Source: an uncultured Chloroflexia bacterium | GTDB lineage: Bacteria; Chloroflexota; Anaerolineae; CG2-30-64-16 | DNA: 64,000 bases | Assembly (NCBI GenBank): GCA_963774265.1 | Contig: CAVZDU010000008.1 | Span: forward strand, 160,001-224,000 | Direction: 5' to 3' | Shown here: positions 49,009 through 58,353 of the stretch, in pieces | Layout: every line of letters starts with the position of its first letter | How positions within the stretch are numbered: the first letter of the stretch is position 1 | Made by a program: the position numbers and the translations under genes | Notes under the pieces: model-generated | Told to the model about the DNA's origin: nothing | Database searches by the model: none | The model's input: the letters and a program-made list of their open reading frames with translations, nothing else

Positions 49009-50691
49009 ATGGCAACACAACAAATGACCGACAGTCATGCCTCCAATAAGTACTACGATCGCTTCACCGTTGTGCAGCGCATTGAGCATTTCGTCTTAAT
49101 CCTCACCTTCTCAACCTTGGCCATCACTGGTCTGCCGCAGAAGTTCGTGGGCAACGCGTTTGCCGAAGGGATGATCGCGGTCCTGGGTGGCATCGAGGTG
49201 GTGCGCATCATCCACCGCATCGCCGCCATCGGCATCGTGATTCAAAGCGTCTACCACGTTCTGGTTCTCGGTTACAAGGTCTGGGTGCGCCGAACCGAAA
49301 TGACGATGCTGCCCGGCCTCAAGGACGTCACCGATGCGGTCGACGTGGTCCGCTACAACCTGGGCCTCACCAAGGACCATCCCAAAATGCCCCGTTACAA
49401 CTTCGGAGAGAAGGTGGAGTACTGGGCGATGGTTTGGGGCACTGTCATGATGGCCATCACAGGGTTCATGTTGTGGAATCCCATCGCCGCTTCGCGTTTT
49501 CTGCCCGGGCAGGCTATCCCGGCGGCCAAGGCCGCTCACGGGGCTGAGGCGCTCCTTGCGGTGCTGGCGATCCTCATCTGGCACTTCTATAACGTGCACG
49601 TAAAGTCGCTCAACAAGAGCATGTTCAACGGCAAGATGGCGCATCACCAAATGGAAGAGGAACACGGCGCGGAACTCCATCAGCGCGTCGCCGGTCTCGC
49701 GCGCCCCGCCCCAAGCCCGGAGGGCGTCCACCACCGTGAACGTATCTATCTGCCCATCGCGATTGTCCTGTCGCTCGTTCTGGGTCTCGGCCTCTTCTGG
49801 TTCGCCACTTTCGAGGAGACGGCCATCGCCACGTTGCCTGCGCAGGCGACCCGGGTACCCGCATTCTCGCCGCTAGCGCCCACTCCCGAGCCCACGAGCG
49901 CGCCACGGGTGGTTGCAGCGTCAATCCCGCACCCAATCGAGGGACAGGAACAGTGTGAGACGTGTCACGGGATCAACGCCATGAAACCCTTCCCCGTTGA
50001 CCACGTAGGGCGTTCCAACGAGTCATGTACGGTCTGCCATCTGCCTGGCCCAACGCCTGAGCCAGGCGCAACCGCCGAGAACGGCGCGGCTGCGGGCGGT
50101 CCCGGAGCCATCCCGGCCAATCATGATCTGACCAGCGACACGTACAAGGACTGCACGACCTGTCATGGATCGGGCAAAATCAAGCCGTATCCTGCGAACC
50201 ACGAGGCTTTCCCACAGGACAACTGTACGGCGTGCCACAAGCCGGCGGGCGAGGGCGCCAGTACCTCGACGGGCGGCGCAACGGGCGATACCGGTGCGAC
50301 CGGGGAAACCGCGGGTGGTCCGAAACCCGTGCCTGCCAACCACGATCTGACTAGCGACACGTACAAGGACTGCACGACCTGTCATGGATCGGGCAAAATC
50401 AAGCCGTACCCCGCGAACCACGAGGCTTTCCCACAGGACAACTGTACGGCGTGCCACAAGCCGGCGGGCGAGGGCGCCAGTACCTCGACGGGCGGCGCAA
50501 CGGGCGATACCGGTGCGACCGGGGAAACCGCGGGTGGTCCGAAACCCGTGCCTGCCAACCACGATCTGACTAGCGACACGTACAAGGACTGCACGACCTG
50601 TCATGGATCGGGCAAAATCAAGCCGTACCCCGCGAACCACGAGGCTTTCCCACAGGACAACTGTACGGCGTGCCACAAGCCGGCAGAGTAA
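49009..50691 (+). CDS. FdnI/HydC-type di-heme cytochrome b fused to an 8-heme c-type tail
   Basis: QRIEH, ITGLP, IHRIAA, YNFGEKVEYW, AHGAEA and WHFYNVH motifs; extra TM; 8 CxxCH (CETCH, CTVCH, 3x CTTCH/CTACH). Confidence 0.9.
   Translation: MATQQMTDSHASNKYYDRFTVVQRIEHFVLILTFSTLAITGLPQKFVGNAFAEGMIAVLGGIEVVRIIHRIAAIGIVIQSVYHVLVLGYKVWVRRTEMTMLPGLKDVTDAVDVVRYNLGLTKDHPKMPRYNFGEKVEYWAMVWGTVMMAITGFMLWNPIAASRFLPGQAIPAAKAAHGAEALLAVLAILIWHFYNVHVKSLNKSMFNGKMAHHQMEEEHGAELHQRVAGLARPAPSPEGVHHRERIYLPIAIVLSLVLGLGLFWFATFEETAIATLPAQATRVPAFSPLAPTPEPTSAPRVVAASIPHPIEGQEQCETCHGINAMKPFPVDHVGRSNESCTVCHLPGPTPEPGATAENGAAAGGPGAIPANHDLTSDTYKDCTTCHGSGKIKPYPANHEAFPQDNCTACHKPAGEGASTSTGGATGDTGATGETAGGPKPVPANHDLTSDTYKDCTTCHGSGKIKPYPANHEAFPQDNCTACHKPAGEGASTSTGGATGDTGATGETAGGPKPVPANHDLTSDTYKDCTTCHGSGKIKPYPANHEAFPQDNCTACHKPAE
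50113..50684 (+). repeat. 219-bp in-frame tandem repeat (~2.6 copies), each copy a di-heme module
   Basis: PANHDLTSDTYKDCTTCHGSGKIKPYPANHEAFPQDNCTACHKPA starts at about 50113, 50332 and 50551; copy 1 differs by a few synonymous changes. Confidence 0.95.
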
Positions 50692-50718
50692 AGGCCAGCT
50701 GTTATAAATAGAGTACAG

Positions 50719-50753
50719 CGGGCGGGGCCGATACGGCCCCGCCCGTTCATTTT
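50719..50753 (+). terminator. Intrinsic terminator between convergent genes
   Basis: CGGGCGGGGCCG-ATA-CGGCCCCGCCCG followed by TTCATTTT. Confidence 0.8.
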
Positions 50754-50769
50754 CTGCCTGAATCTTCTC

Positions 50770-51799
50770 CTACGGCACGATCACCGTCCGTACTTCCCCT
50801 CCCCATCGCTCCAGCGCATCCAACGCGTCGTTGATTGCATTCGCTTCCAGCGGCACGGTCTTCGTCACCCCGTGTGACAAGTCCAATACCCCGCGCCGAG
50901 CGAACTCCATCAGCAGCGGAAACTCCTGCAACAGGTGGTCTGACACGCCGACGATCTCAGCCTCGCGGCCGATGACTTCCTGATATGAATCCACTTCAAA
51001 CGGCACACGCGTGATACCTGCCAGGGCGGCGCGGCCCTGTACGCCCAACACCTGCACGGCCTGGCGCATCGTAACAGGCAGACCGATGAGTTCCAGCGCA
51101 ACATCCACGCCTTTGCCGTGGGTCAACTGGCGAATGAGGCCAACCGGATCCACGTCCGCCGCAAGGACCGGGATGGCGCCGAACTTAGCTGCCAACACCA
51201 GCTTGTCACGGTTGATGTCCACCGCGTACACCTCGGCTGCGCCGAGGCCCTTTGCCAGTTGGATCGCGGACATGCCCAACCCACCTGCGCCGAACACGGC
51301 GACCGTCTCGCCCGGACGCAGACGTGCCTTGCGCAACGCATGAAACGACGTCGAGGACGAACACATCATGATCGCACCCTGCTCGAACCCAACTTCGTCG
51401 GGAAGTGACACCACACCGCGTTCGGGGACGGTGATACATTCCGCATAACCACCGTCGCGGTGCTTACCCAGCATCTGTGCGGTCTCGCAGAACTGCTCCT
51501 GACCGCGATTGCAGTGATAACACTGCCCGCAGGTGACGAGGTAGTGCAGGGCGACGCGATCTCCGATGCGCACCCGCGCCGTCCCCGCCCCCAGCGCCTC
51601 AACGACACCTGCCACCTCGTGACCCAGCGTGACGGGCAGCGGTCCAGCATACGACACGCCCACGCGATAGTGTGCATCAGAATGGCATATCCCAGCAGCC
51701 TTGATGCGAACCAGCACCTCGCCGTACCCCGGCGTCGGGGTTGGCGTCTCCTGGCCTTCGAGCGGCCTACCAATTTCCGGTTAATCGAACGGCTTTCAC
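50770..51799 (-). CDS. Zinc-dependent alcohol/polyol dehydrogenase (MDR); frameshift near 51779
   Basis: GICHSD, GHE, CGQCYHC..C and GAGGLG motifs. GGAGG + GTG 51799 gives MKAVRLT, which joins EIGRPLE.. after removing one base. Confidence 0.88.
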
Positions 51800-51862
51800 T
51801 GAACTTTCCTCCATGCTGTCATTGACAGTGCGGGATACTTGTGTTAAACAGAACTGAACTTT

Positions 51863-51931
51863 ACCACGAAGACACCAAGAAACGAAGCGCTTCCACGCCC
51901 TGTGTGGACCTTCCCCTCCTGGCGCCTTCGT
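51863..51931. repeat. Degenerate palindromic intergenic element (ACCACGAAGACACCAAG-type)
   Basis: ACGAAGACACCAAG pairs imperfectly (11/14) with CCTGGCGCCTTCGT. Confidence 0.4.
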
Positions 51932-51988
51932 CCCTGAATCGAGGCGACCACCAGGTATCATATCACCACGAGGAGGTTCGAAGTCTAT

Positions 51989-53089
51989 ATGAATTCAAGA
52001 GAACGCGTTCTTCGCGCCCTATCGCGCACTGGTCTGCCGGACCGGGCGCCGCTCCAGTTTGACCTGTCGCGCACCCTGGCCGAACAATTCGCCGCCAAAT
52101 ATGGGTTGGCGCCTCATTTCACCACATCCTACTACGAGGATGTGACCTATCGACTCTCCAACAACGGCCTGCGAGTCGCAATGGGCAGCGACTGCGTAAT
52201 CGTTGGCGCCAGCCTGCCGCGCGGCTACCAGCATCCAGTCGACGAAGGCGGCCTCATCATCAACGAATTCGGTATGAAGATGCGCGAGGGGGCGATCTAC
52301 ATGGAGGTGGTTGTCCACCCGCTGGCCCACGTGCAGAGCGCGGCCGAAATCGAGGCATTCCCCTTCCCCGATCCCCTGGCTGAAGGCCGATACGACGACG
52401 CGGTGTGCGACATCGCAAAGTTCAAGGGCGAATACTTCGTCATCGGCGATGTGGAGCTGACGATGTTCGACATGATGCAGCAGCTTGTCGGGCTGGAGAA
52501 GCTCCTCATCGACATGGCACAGGGCGCGGAGTACCTGGAACCATTGATGGACAAGTGCCGGGTATTTGCGACGGAGATCGGCAAAAGGCTGGTGAGCCTC
52601 GGCGTCGATGCGGTGTGGACCGGCGATGACTTCGGCGCCCAGAATGGGATGTTGATCTCCCCGCGCATGTGGCGCCGCTACTTTAAGGATCGCTATCGCC
52701 AGATCTATGCGGACTTCAAGGCCGTCAATCCTAACCTAATCATCTGCCAACACTGCGACGGAGCCGTCGCACCCATCCTGAACGACTGGATCGAGGTGGG
52801 ATTGGAAGTGTTCAACCCGGTGCAGCCAAACGTGCCCGGCCACGAGCCGGAAGATCTCAAGAGCAAATTCGGCGACCGGCTGTCCTTCTGGGGCGCGATT
52901 GACCAGCAGAGACTACTTCCGTTCGGCACGCCGGAGCAGATCGAAGAGGATGTGAGGACGAAAATCCAGGTCCTGGGCCGTGGCGGTGGCTACATGGTGT
53001 CGCCCGCGCACATCATCCAGGGCGATACGTCGGTCGAGAATGTTGAGGCCTTCATTGCCGCCGTGAAGAAACATGGCGCGTACGCCTGA
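51989..53089 (+). CDS. URO-D superfamily protein (MtaA/CmuA-like methyltransferase-type)
   Basis: MNSRERV, GDDFG.Q...LISP..WR, HCDG, NPVQP, FWGAIDQQ..LPFGTPE and GGGY..SPAH motifs. Confidence 0.85.
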   Translation: MNSRERVLRALSRTGLPDRAPLQFDLSRTLAEQFAAKYGLAPHFTTSYYEDVTYRLSNNGLRVAMGSDCVIVGASLPRGYQHPVDEGGLIINEFGMKMREGAIYMEVVVHPLAHVQSAAEIEAFPFPDPLAEGRYDDAVCDIAKFKGEYFVIGDVELTMFDMMQQLVGLEKLLIDMAQGAEYLEPLMDKCRVFATEIGKRLVSLGVDAVWTGDDFGAQNGMLISPRMWRRYFKDRYRQIYADFKAVNPNLIICQHCDGAVAPILNDWIEVGLEVFNPVQPNVPGHEPEDLKSKFGDRLSFWGAIDQQRLLPFGTPEQIEEDVRTKIQVLGRGGGYMVSPAHIIQGDTSVENVEAFIAAVKKHGAYA

Positions 53090-53148
53090 GGAGTCTGTAC
53101 CAATCGCCGCGGGAATTCCCCCCGGGGCTATGGAAAGGAGAGGGCTTG

Positions 53149-53469
53149 ATGGAACGTGTAGGTTTCTTGCTTAAGGTCAAGCAAGAGATGATCCCCGAAT
53201 ACATCCGGCGTCACGAGAGTGTGTGGCCTGAGATGTTGGCAGCCTTACACCGCACCGGCTGGCACAACTACTCACTGTTCATGCGGCCAGATGGTCTGCT
53301 TCTCGGCTACTTCGAGACGCCAGAAAGCTTCCAGGCCGCACTGGATGGGATGAGCCGAGAGGAAATCAATGCCAAGTGGCAGGACTTCATGGCCCCTTAT
53401 TTCGAGGGCATCGGCGGCCATGCAGATGAGAATATGGTGGAGTTGCAGGAGGTCTTCCACCTGGATTAA
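53149..53469 (+). CDS. rhaM: L-rhamnose mutarotase family protein
   Basis: EYIRRH..VWPEM, HNYSLF, KWQ..M and EVFHLD motifs. Confidence 0.85.
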   Translation: MERVGFLLKVKQEMIPEYIRRHESVWPEMLAALHRTGWHNYSLFMRPDGLLLGYFETPESFQAALDGMSREEINAKWQDFMAPYFEGIGGHADENMVELQEVFHLD

Positions 53470-53493
53470 GCCTACTGCCACCTTAACGATCAA

Positions 53494-53526
53494 GGGCTCA
53501 GAGGAGCAACATCACCCTCTGAGCCC
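53494..53526. terminator. Hairpin between convergent genes
   Basis: GGGCTCAGAGG / CCTCTGAGCCC inverted repeat. Confidence 0.55.
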
Positions 53527-53546
53527 CGGGGCCACTGTGCAGTTCG

Positions 53547-54110
53547 TTACGAAGATGTGCCCGTCGTCGGGGCGGCATCTGGCCTCATCCCGCGGTCACC
53601 CATCCCATGCCGGCCGCCCGGCCCCATCAATCCGAAACCACCGCGTCCGCCATCAACCCATCCCTTTTCAATCCCCAACGTCCACCAATCTGCTTCCTCC
53701 TGCGTCATGTCGCCATCGGTCACTGCCTGTGCGATCTTGTCCTTCATCGTCTGTACACGTGATGCGTTCAACGCATCCTGGATCGTCTCAAGCTCCACAC
53801 CCTGCGCCTCGGCAATCTCGGTCAGGGTCTTGCCGCTGTGCAATTGCTCGAACAGCTCCGTCGGTGTCAAGCCCAACTTCTCCGCCACCAAATCGTAGGT
53901 TGCCGAATCGCCGCCACGCAAACCGAAACTGCGACCAAGACCCTGGTCATCCGGCCCGGTCCTCGAGGTTATGTCCGGCGTGGTTGCCTCGGGCGTCACC
54001 GCGGTCGGGGGTGTGGTCGTCTGTGCAAGGACTGTTCCCACAGTCCCCATGCCCAGAGCAGCCACAACAGCCATCATGGAAAGCGCAAGCGCTAGTTTCT
54101 TGGTGATCAT
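53547..54110 (-). CDS. Secreted hypothetical protein
   Basis: AAGGAG + ATG 54110; signal peptide ending VLA-Q; AEKLGLT..EL...GKTL.EIA..QGV helical domain; Gly-rich tail. Confidence 0.75.
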   Translation of the reverse strand: MITKKLALALSMMAVVAALGMGTVGTVLAQTTTPPTAVTPEATTPDITSRTGPDDQGLGRSFGLRGGDSATYDLVAEKLGLTPTELFEQLHSGKTLTEIAEAQGVELETIQDALNASRVQTMKDKIAQAVTDGDMTQEEADWWTLGIEKGWVDGGRGGFGLMGPGGRHGMGDRGMRPDAAPTTGTSS

Positions 54111-54301
54111 TCGTTGCTCCTTTGTTGATCTTGCAGGGGACATCGCCCCCTGCAACCGTTACTTTAGCAGGCAGCTATTTAGATGCAATGAAGGCTGAGT
54201 CAGAAGTCTGTTGGATGAAATCTAACGGAAACGAGCATTTCTTTGATGTATCTTTGTATTAATGTGCTATAAGTTACTCAATCTTCATGAAGGAGTTTCG
54301 A

Positions 54302-55387
54302 ATGATATCAGGCAGATTGAACTGGATGCAACGCTATCTTGTGGATGAGTACATCGAGGACTATCAGGAAGGTGCGCTTTCGCGTCGCGAGGCGCTCAAG
54401 TACCTGGCGGCGGTGCTCGGGAGTGCGGCTGCGGCAACGACATTCTTGGCTGGTTGCGCACCGACGCCCAATGCTGCGTCACCAACTGCCGGGGCAGCCG
54501 CTCCCTCGGCCTCACCAATCGCCATGCCGGCTACCGTTATGGCTCCTCTGGCAACCGAAGTCTCGCCGATTCCAACTCCGGAAGAGACACGCTTTCTTGC
54601 AACCGCGACCGTCCTGGCCACCACCGACACCACGCCAACTGCGACCCCGGTGCCGGTGCCACAGGGCGTCAACGTGCCGGCTGATGATCCGGATCTGGAG
54701 GCACGTGACATCATCTTCCCGGGCGATGGCCTCGAGTTGGTGGGCTACCTGGCGCGACCCGCGGGTGATGGTCCATTCCCTGCGATCCTCGTATGCCACG
54801 AAAACCGTGGGCTTACCGATCACATCAAGGATGTGACACGACGGGTGGCGAAAGCCGGCTATGTGGGCTTGGCGGTGGACCTGCTTTCGTCTCAGGGGGG
54901 CACAGCGAAGGTGACAGATGCGGCACAGATCCCTGGCGTCCTGAGCAGCACCTCGCCGGACGAGATGGCTGGCTACTTCCTCAGCGGAATTACCTATCTG
55001 CAGACGCAACCATTCGTGAGCAAAGATCAGTTGGGCATGACAGGCTTCTGTTTTGGCGGTGGCATGACCTGGCTGGTCGCAACCAAGGCATCGCAACTCA
55101 AGGCGGCTGTTCCGTTCTACGGCCCGAACCCGCCGATCGAGGCAGTGCCAAACATCCGCGCAGTAGTGTTGGCGATTTACGGAGGAAACGACGATCGGAT
55201 CAACGCCGGCATTCCCGCAATCGAAGCGGCCATGCAACAAAACGGCAAGGTATTTGAAAAAATGATCTATCCCGGTGCGAACCATGCGTTCCACAACGAC
55301 ACAGGGCGCAACTATAAGCCCGATGCAGCAGTCGACGCGTGGGCGCGTACATTGGCGTGGTTTGGGAAATATGTAAAGGGCATATGA
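54302..55387 (+). CDS. Dienelactone hydrolase family protein, putative Tat lipoprotein
   Basis: SRREALK and LAGC, P/T/A linker, then HENRGL, GFCFGG, D.RI and HAF motifs; AAGGAG before ATG 54302. Confidence 0.88.
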   Translation: MISGRLNWMQRYLVDEYIEDYQEGALSRREALKYLAAVLGSAAAATTFLAGCAPTPNAASPTAGAAAPSASPIAMPATVMAPLATEVSPIPTPEETRFLATATVLATTDTTPTATPVPVPQGVNVPADDPDLEARDIIFPGDGLELVGYLARPAGDGPFPAILVCHENRGLTDHIKDVTRRVAKAGYVGLAVDLLSSQGGTAKVTDAAQIPGVLSSTSPDEMAGYFLSGITYLQTQPFVSKDQLGMTGFCFGGGMTWLVATKASQLKAAVPFYGPNPPIEAVPNIRAVVLAIYGGNDDRINAGIPAIEAAMQQNGKVFEKMIYPGANHAFHNDTGRNYKPDAAVDAWARTLAWFGKYVKGI

Positions 55388-55447
55388 GAGTTACCATCTA
55401 ATCATGCACGTACCTGGTCGGCGGACATGGTGGTTCGAACAACACCA

Positions 55448-57020
55448 TTACGACAGCGCCACACCGGCCGCATCGGCTGCGGCCTGAACCACCGCGCGCG
55501 AGCGAATCAACTCGACGAGCGCCTCAATATCCGGCGTTGTCTCGCGGTCATGTTCGAGGAATGACACCGTGCGGCGGACTTCTCGGTACGCCGCTGCCGA
55601 ACCGCGCCCCAGCCGGTCCGGCCCATCTTCACGCAGATCAATCGCCTGGGCGGCAGTCATTAACTCGATGGCCAAGACGTGGCGTACGTTCTCCAGGATC
55701 TCCAGCGTGTGCCGTGCAGCGTTTGCGCCCATGCTCACGTGATCTTCCTGGTTGGCGGAAGACGGAATAGAATCGACACTGTCCGGATGGGCGAGGGTCT
55801 TGTTGTCCGAGACCAGTGCGGCCGCAGTGTATTGCACCATCATCAGCCCGCCGTCCAGCCCGCTATTGCGCGCGAGCATGGCGGGCAGCCCGCCGCTCAG
55901 CTCGGGTGTAAGGAGTCGGAAGATGCGGCGCTCGGCGATGTCAGCGACCTCAGCCATCGTGATTCCGAGCAGGTCGAGCCACAAGGCCGGCCCCTGCCCG
56001 TGGAAGTTGCCACCGGAGAGCGCGCGGAACGAACCATCCTTCGTCGGGAAGATCAGCGGATTGTCAGTAACCGCATTAATGGCGGTGGTGAAGCGCTCCC
56101 GTACAAACGCAAGGGCATCAAGCGACGGGCCTAACACCTGGGGTGTGCAGCGGAGACTATATGCATCCTGAACGCGTCCTACAGCGGAGTCGACCAGTCG
56201 ACTCCCTGCAGTCAGTGCGCGAATGTGAGAAGCCACGCTGCGCTGGCCTGGCTGTCCGCTAGCTTCCTGGATATCGGGATCGAACGCGGTGGATAACCCG
56301 GTCAACGCCTCTAATGAGAGCGCGGCGCCAATCTGCGCGTGAGCAAGAAGGTTCTGAGCCTCGTCCACCGCCAAAGCACCGCAGGCAGCCATGAAGTCGA
56401 TGCCGTTGGAGAGCGCCAGCCCCTCCTTCGCCTGGAGCACCGGGCGTTCGATTCCACGCGCGGCGCATAGCTTCCGCGCCATCGAGCAACTCCCCGCCGT
56501 ACCACGCCTGGCCGCTGTAGCCGCCATCGGGCGCGTCCCCATCCCGGGACAGGACGACGGCTATGTGTGCGAGCGGTGCAAGGTCGCCGCTCGCCCCAAG
56601 CGATCCCTTGGCCGGAACAAGGGGCGTCACGCCCGCGTTCAGCATGTCAACGAGCGTCTGCGCGATGAGCGGACGCACGCCAGAATGGCCTCGCGCCAAC
56701 ATGTTCGCACGGATGGTCATCATGGCGCGCACGATCTCTTGCGCCAGAGGCTGGCCGACTCCGACCACGCACAGGACGACGAGGTTGCGGGAGAGTTGCC
56801 GGGCTTCCGCAGGGCTGATCTGGCGGTTGGCGAGTGAGCCGAAGCCTGTGTTGACGCCGTAAATGACGCGGCCTTGCCCCTCTATGGCATCGACCACCCA
56901 CCAGTGGCTGGCATTCATGCGTGCCCGGGCGGGCTCGCTCAATGGCGCGACGGTTGTGCGGTCGCGGGCAATCGCCGCCACCTGCTCGATAGTAAGGCTT
57001 CCGCCGTTCAGTTCGATCAT
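55448..57020 (-). CDS. hutH: MIO-dependent aromatic amino acid ammonia-lyase, HutH-like with atypical specificity residues; frameshift near 56456
   Basis: YGVNTGFG, GSLGASGDLAPL (MIO), KEGLALSNG, QDAYSLRC, GGNFHG and SANQEDHVSMG motifs; ORFs 56259-57059 and 55448-56542 join. Confidence 0.85.
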
Positions 57021-57027
57021 ATGCACC

Positions 57028-58278
57028 TCATTTCTGATCACGTTTGAGCACGCGGCCACGCTTGATCATGCGCTCGACTGCGTTGCTCCCCAGTCGATAA
57101 ATCACGTCCTCGAACGTGGGCAGCCGCCAAATTTGCAGGTCGGCCACCTGACCCGGCACGATCGTTCCGCGATCGGTCAGCCCGAGGCTCCGCGCGCCGC
57201 CGATGGTCGCGGCGAGCAGCGCCTCTTCGGGTGAGAAGCGATACAACCGGCATGCGAGCTGCATGACGAACTGCATCGACTCGACCCAGCATCCGGGACA
57301 CAGGTCGGTTGCAAGAGCCAGCGTCACGCCCTCAGCCAGGAGCATACGCGCGTCGAACGGCCTCTGATGTGCCACGGCCCAGTCGAGCGCGGGCATGACG
57401 ACGCCGACCACGCCCTTCGCAGCCAGCGCACGAGCAGCTTGCGGCGTCGTGTAGTTCAGATGATCGGCCGAAACGACGCCCATCTCCGCAGCCAGGAACG
57501 CGCCACCGATGTCCGAGTAAGCATCGGTATGGACCTTCAGGCGCAAACCTGCGTCCCTCGCACACTTCAGAATGCGCCGCGATTCGGTTACGGTGTAGTA
57601 CCCGTCGTCGAGATACACATCACAGAACTCAGCCAGGCCGCGCGCTGCGACCTCGGGGATCATCTCATCGACGATGCTGTCGATATAGCGATCACGCGGC
57701 CTGTCGGGGAGAAAATCGTGTGCGCCGAGGAACGTGTTGACCACGTCGGCCGGACCGGCGCGGTTCAGCATCCGGCCCACCTCGAGCATCCGCAGTTCAT
57801 CCGCCGTAGTGAGCCCATAGCCGCTTTTCACTTCAACTGTGGTCGTGCCACTCCAGAACATGCCATTCAGCCGCGCCCGTGCGCTTTCAAAAAGCTCGTC
57901 CGCCGATGCGGCTCGGGTCATGGCAACTGTCGCAAGGATGCCGACGGGGATGCCTAGGTCTCGCACTTCAGCCGGGGTGCGCGTCATGCGCGCCGCGTAT
58001 TCCTGCACGCGCGAGCCGCCAAAAATAAGATGGGTGTGGCTGTCAACGAATCCGGGTGCGACGACACAGCCCCTCGCGTCCACGCACTCGGCGGTGGTGA
58101 GGTCGACCGAGCGCTCCACCGCGACGCGCGTTCCCGCAGCAAGGATCCGGTCGCCTGCGATGGCAATCGCGCCGTCCGATATACGGCCAATAAGGTCGCC
58201 GCCGCGGCTGACGCAGGTCAGGATGAGCCCACCCTGGACAAGCAGGTCGGCCCGCCGGCCGGGCGTTTGTTGGGTCAA
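57028..58278 (-). CDS. hutI: Imidazolonepropionase-like amidohydrolase
   Basis: PGFVDSHTH, GTTTVEVKSGYGL, TFLGAH, SADHL and ATD..PG motifs; AGGAG + TTG 58278. Confidence 0.85.
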   Translation of the reverse strand: MTQQTPGRRADLLVQGGLILTCVSRGGDLIGRISDGAIAIAGDRILAAGTRVAVERSVDLTTAECVDARGCVVAPGFVDSHTHLIFGGSRVQEYAARMTRTPAEVRDLGIPVGILATVAMTRAASADELFESARARLNGMFWSGTTTVEVKSGYGLTTADELRMLEVGRMLNRAGPADVVNTFLGAHDFLPDRPRDRYIDSIVDEMIPEVAARGLAEFCDVYLDDGYYTVTESRRILKCARDAGLRLKVHTDAYSDIGGAFLAAEMGVVSADHLNYTTPQAARALAAKGVVGVVMPALDWAVAHQRPFDARMLLAEGVTLALATDLCPGCWVESMQFVMQLACRLYRFSPEEALLAATIGGARSLGLTDRGTIVPGQVADLQIWRLPTFEDVIYRLGSNAVERMIKRGRVLKRDQK

Positions 58279-58353
58279 TTTGCAGCTCCTGCGAGTATGC
58301 TTCGCGCCTCGCCTGCACTCCGTAGAGGCTAGGCGCGAAGGCCACACTCTCGA

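Noticed and set aside
50113-50684. Possible CRISPR array or non-coding repeat
   Set aside because: The unit is 219 bp, in frame, has no unique spacers and encodes heme-binding modules; no cas genes in the window.
55448-57020. Ergothionase assignment for the lyase
   Set aside because: The MIO-forming ASG is intact, whereas ergothioneine trimethylammonia-lyase is MIO-independent; downstream formiminotransferase genes imply a formimino-type rather than a thio/hydantoin intermediate.
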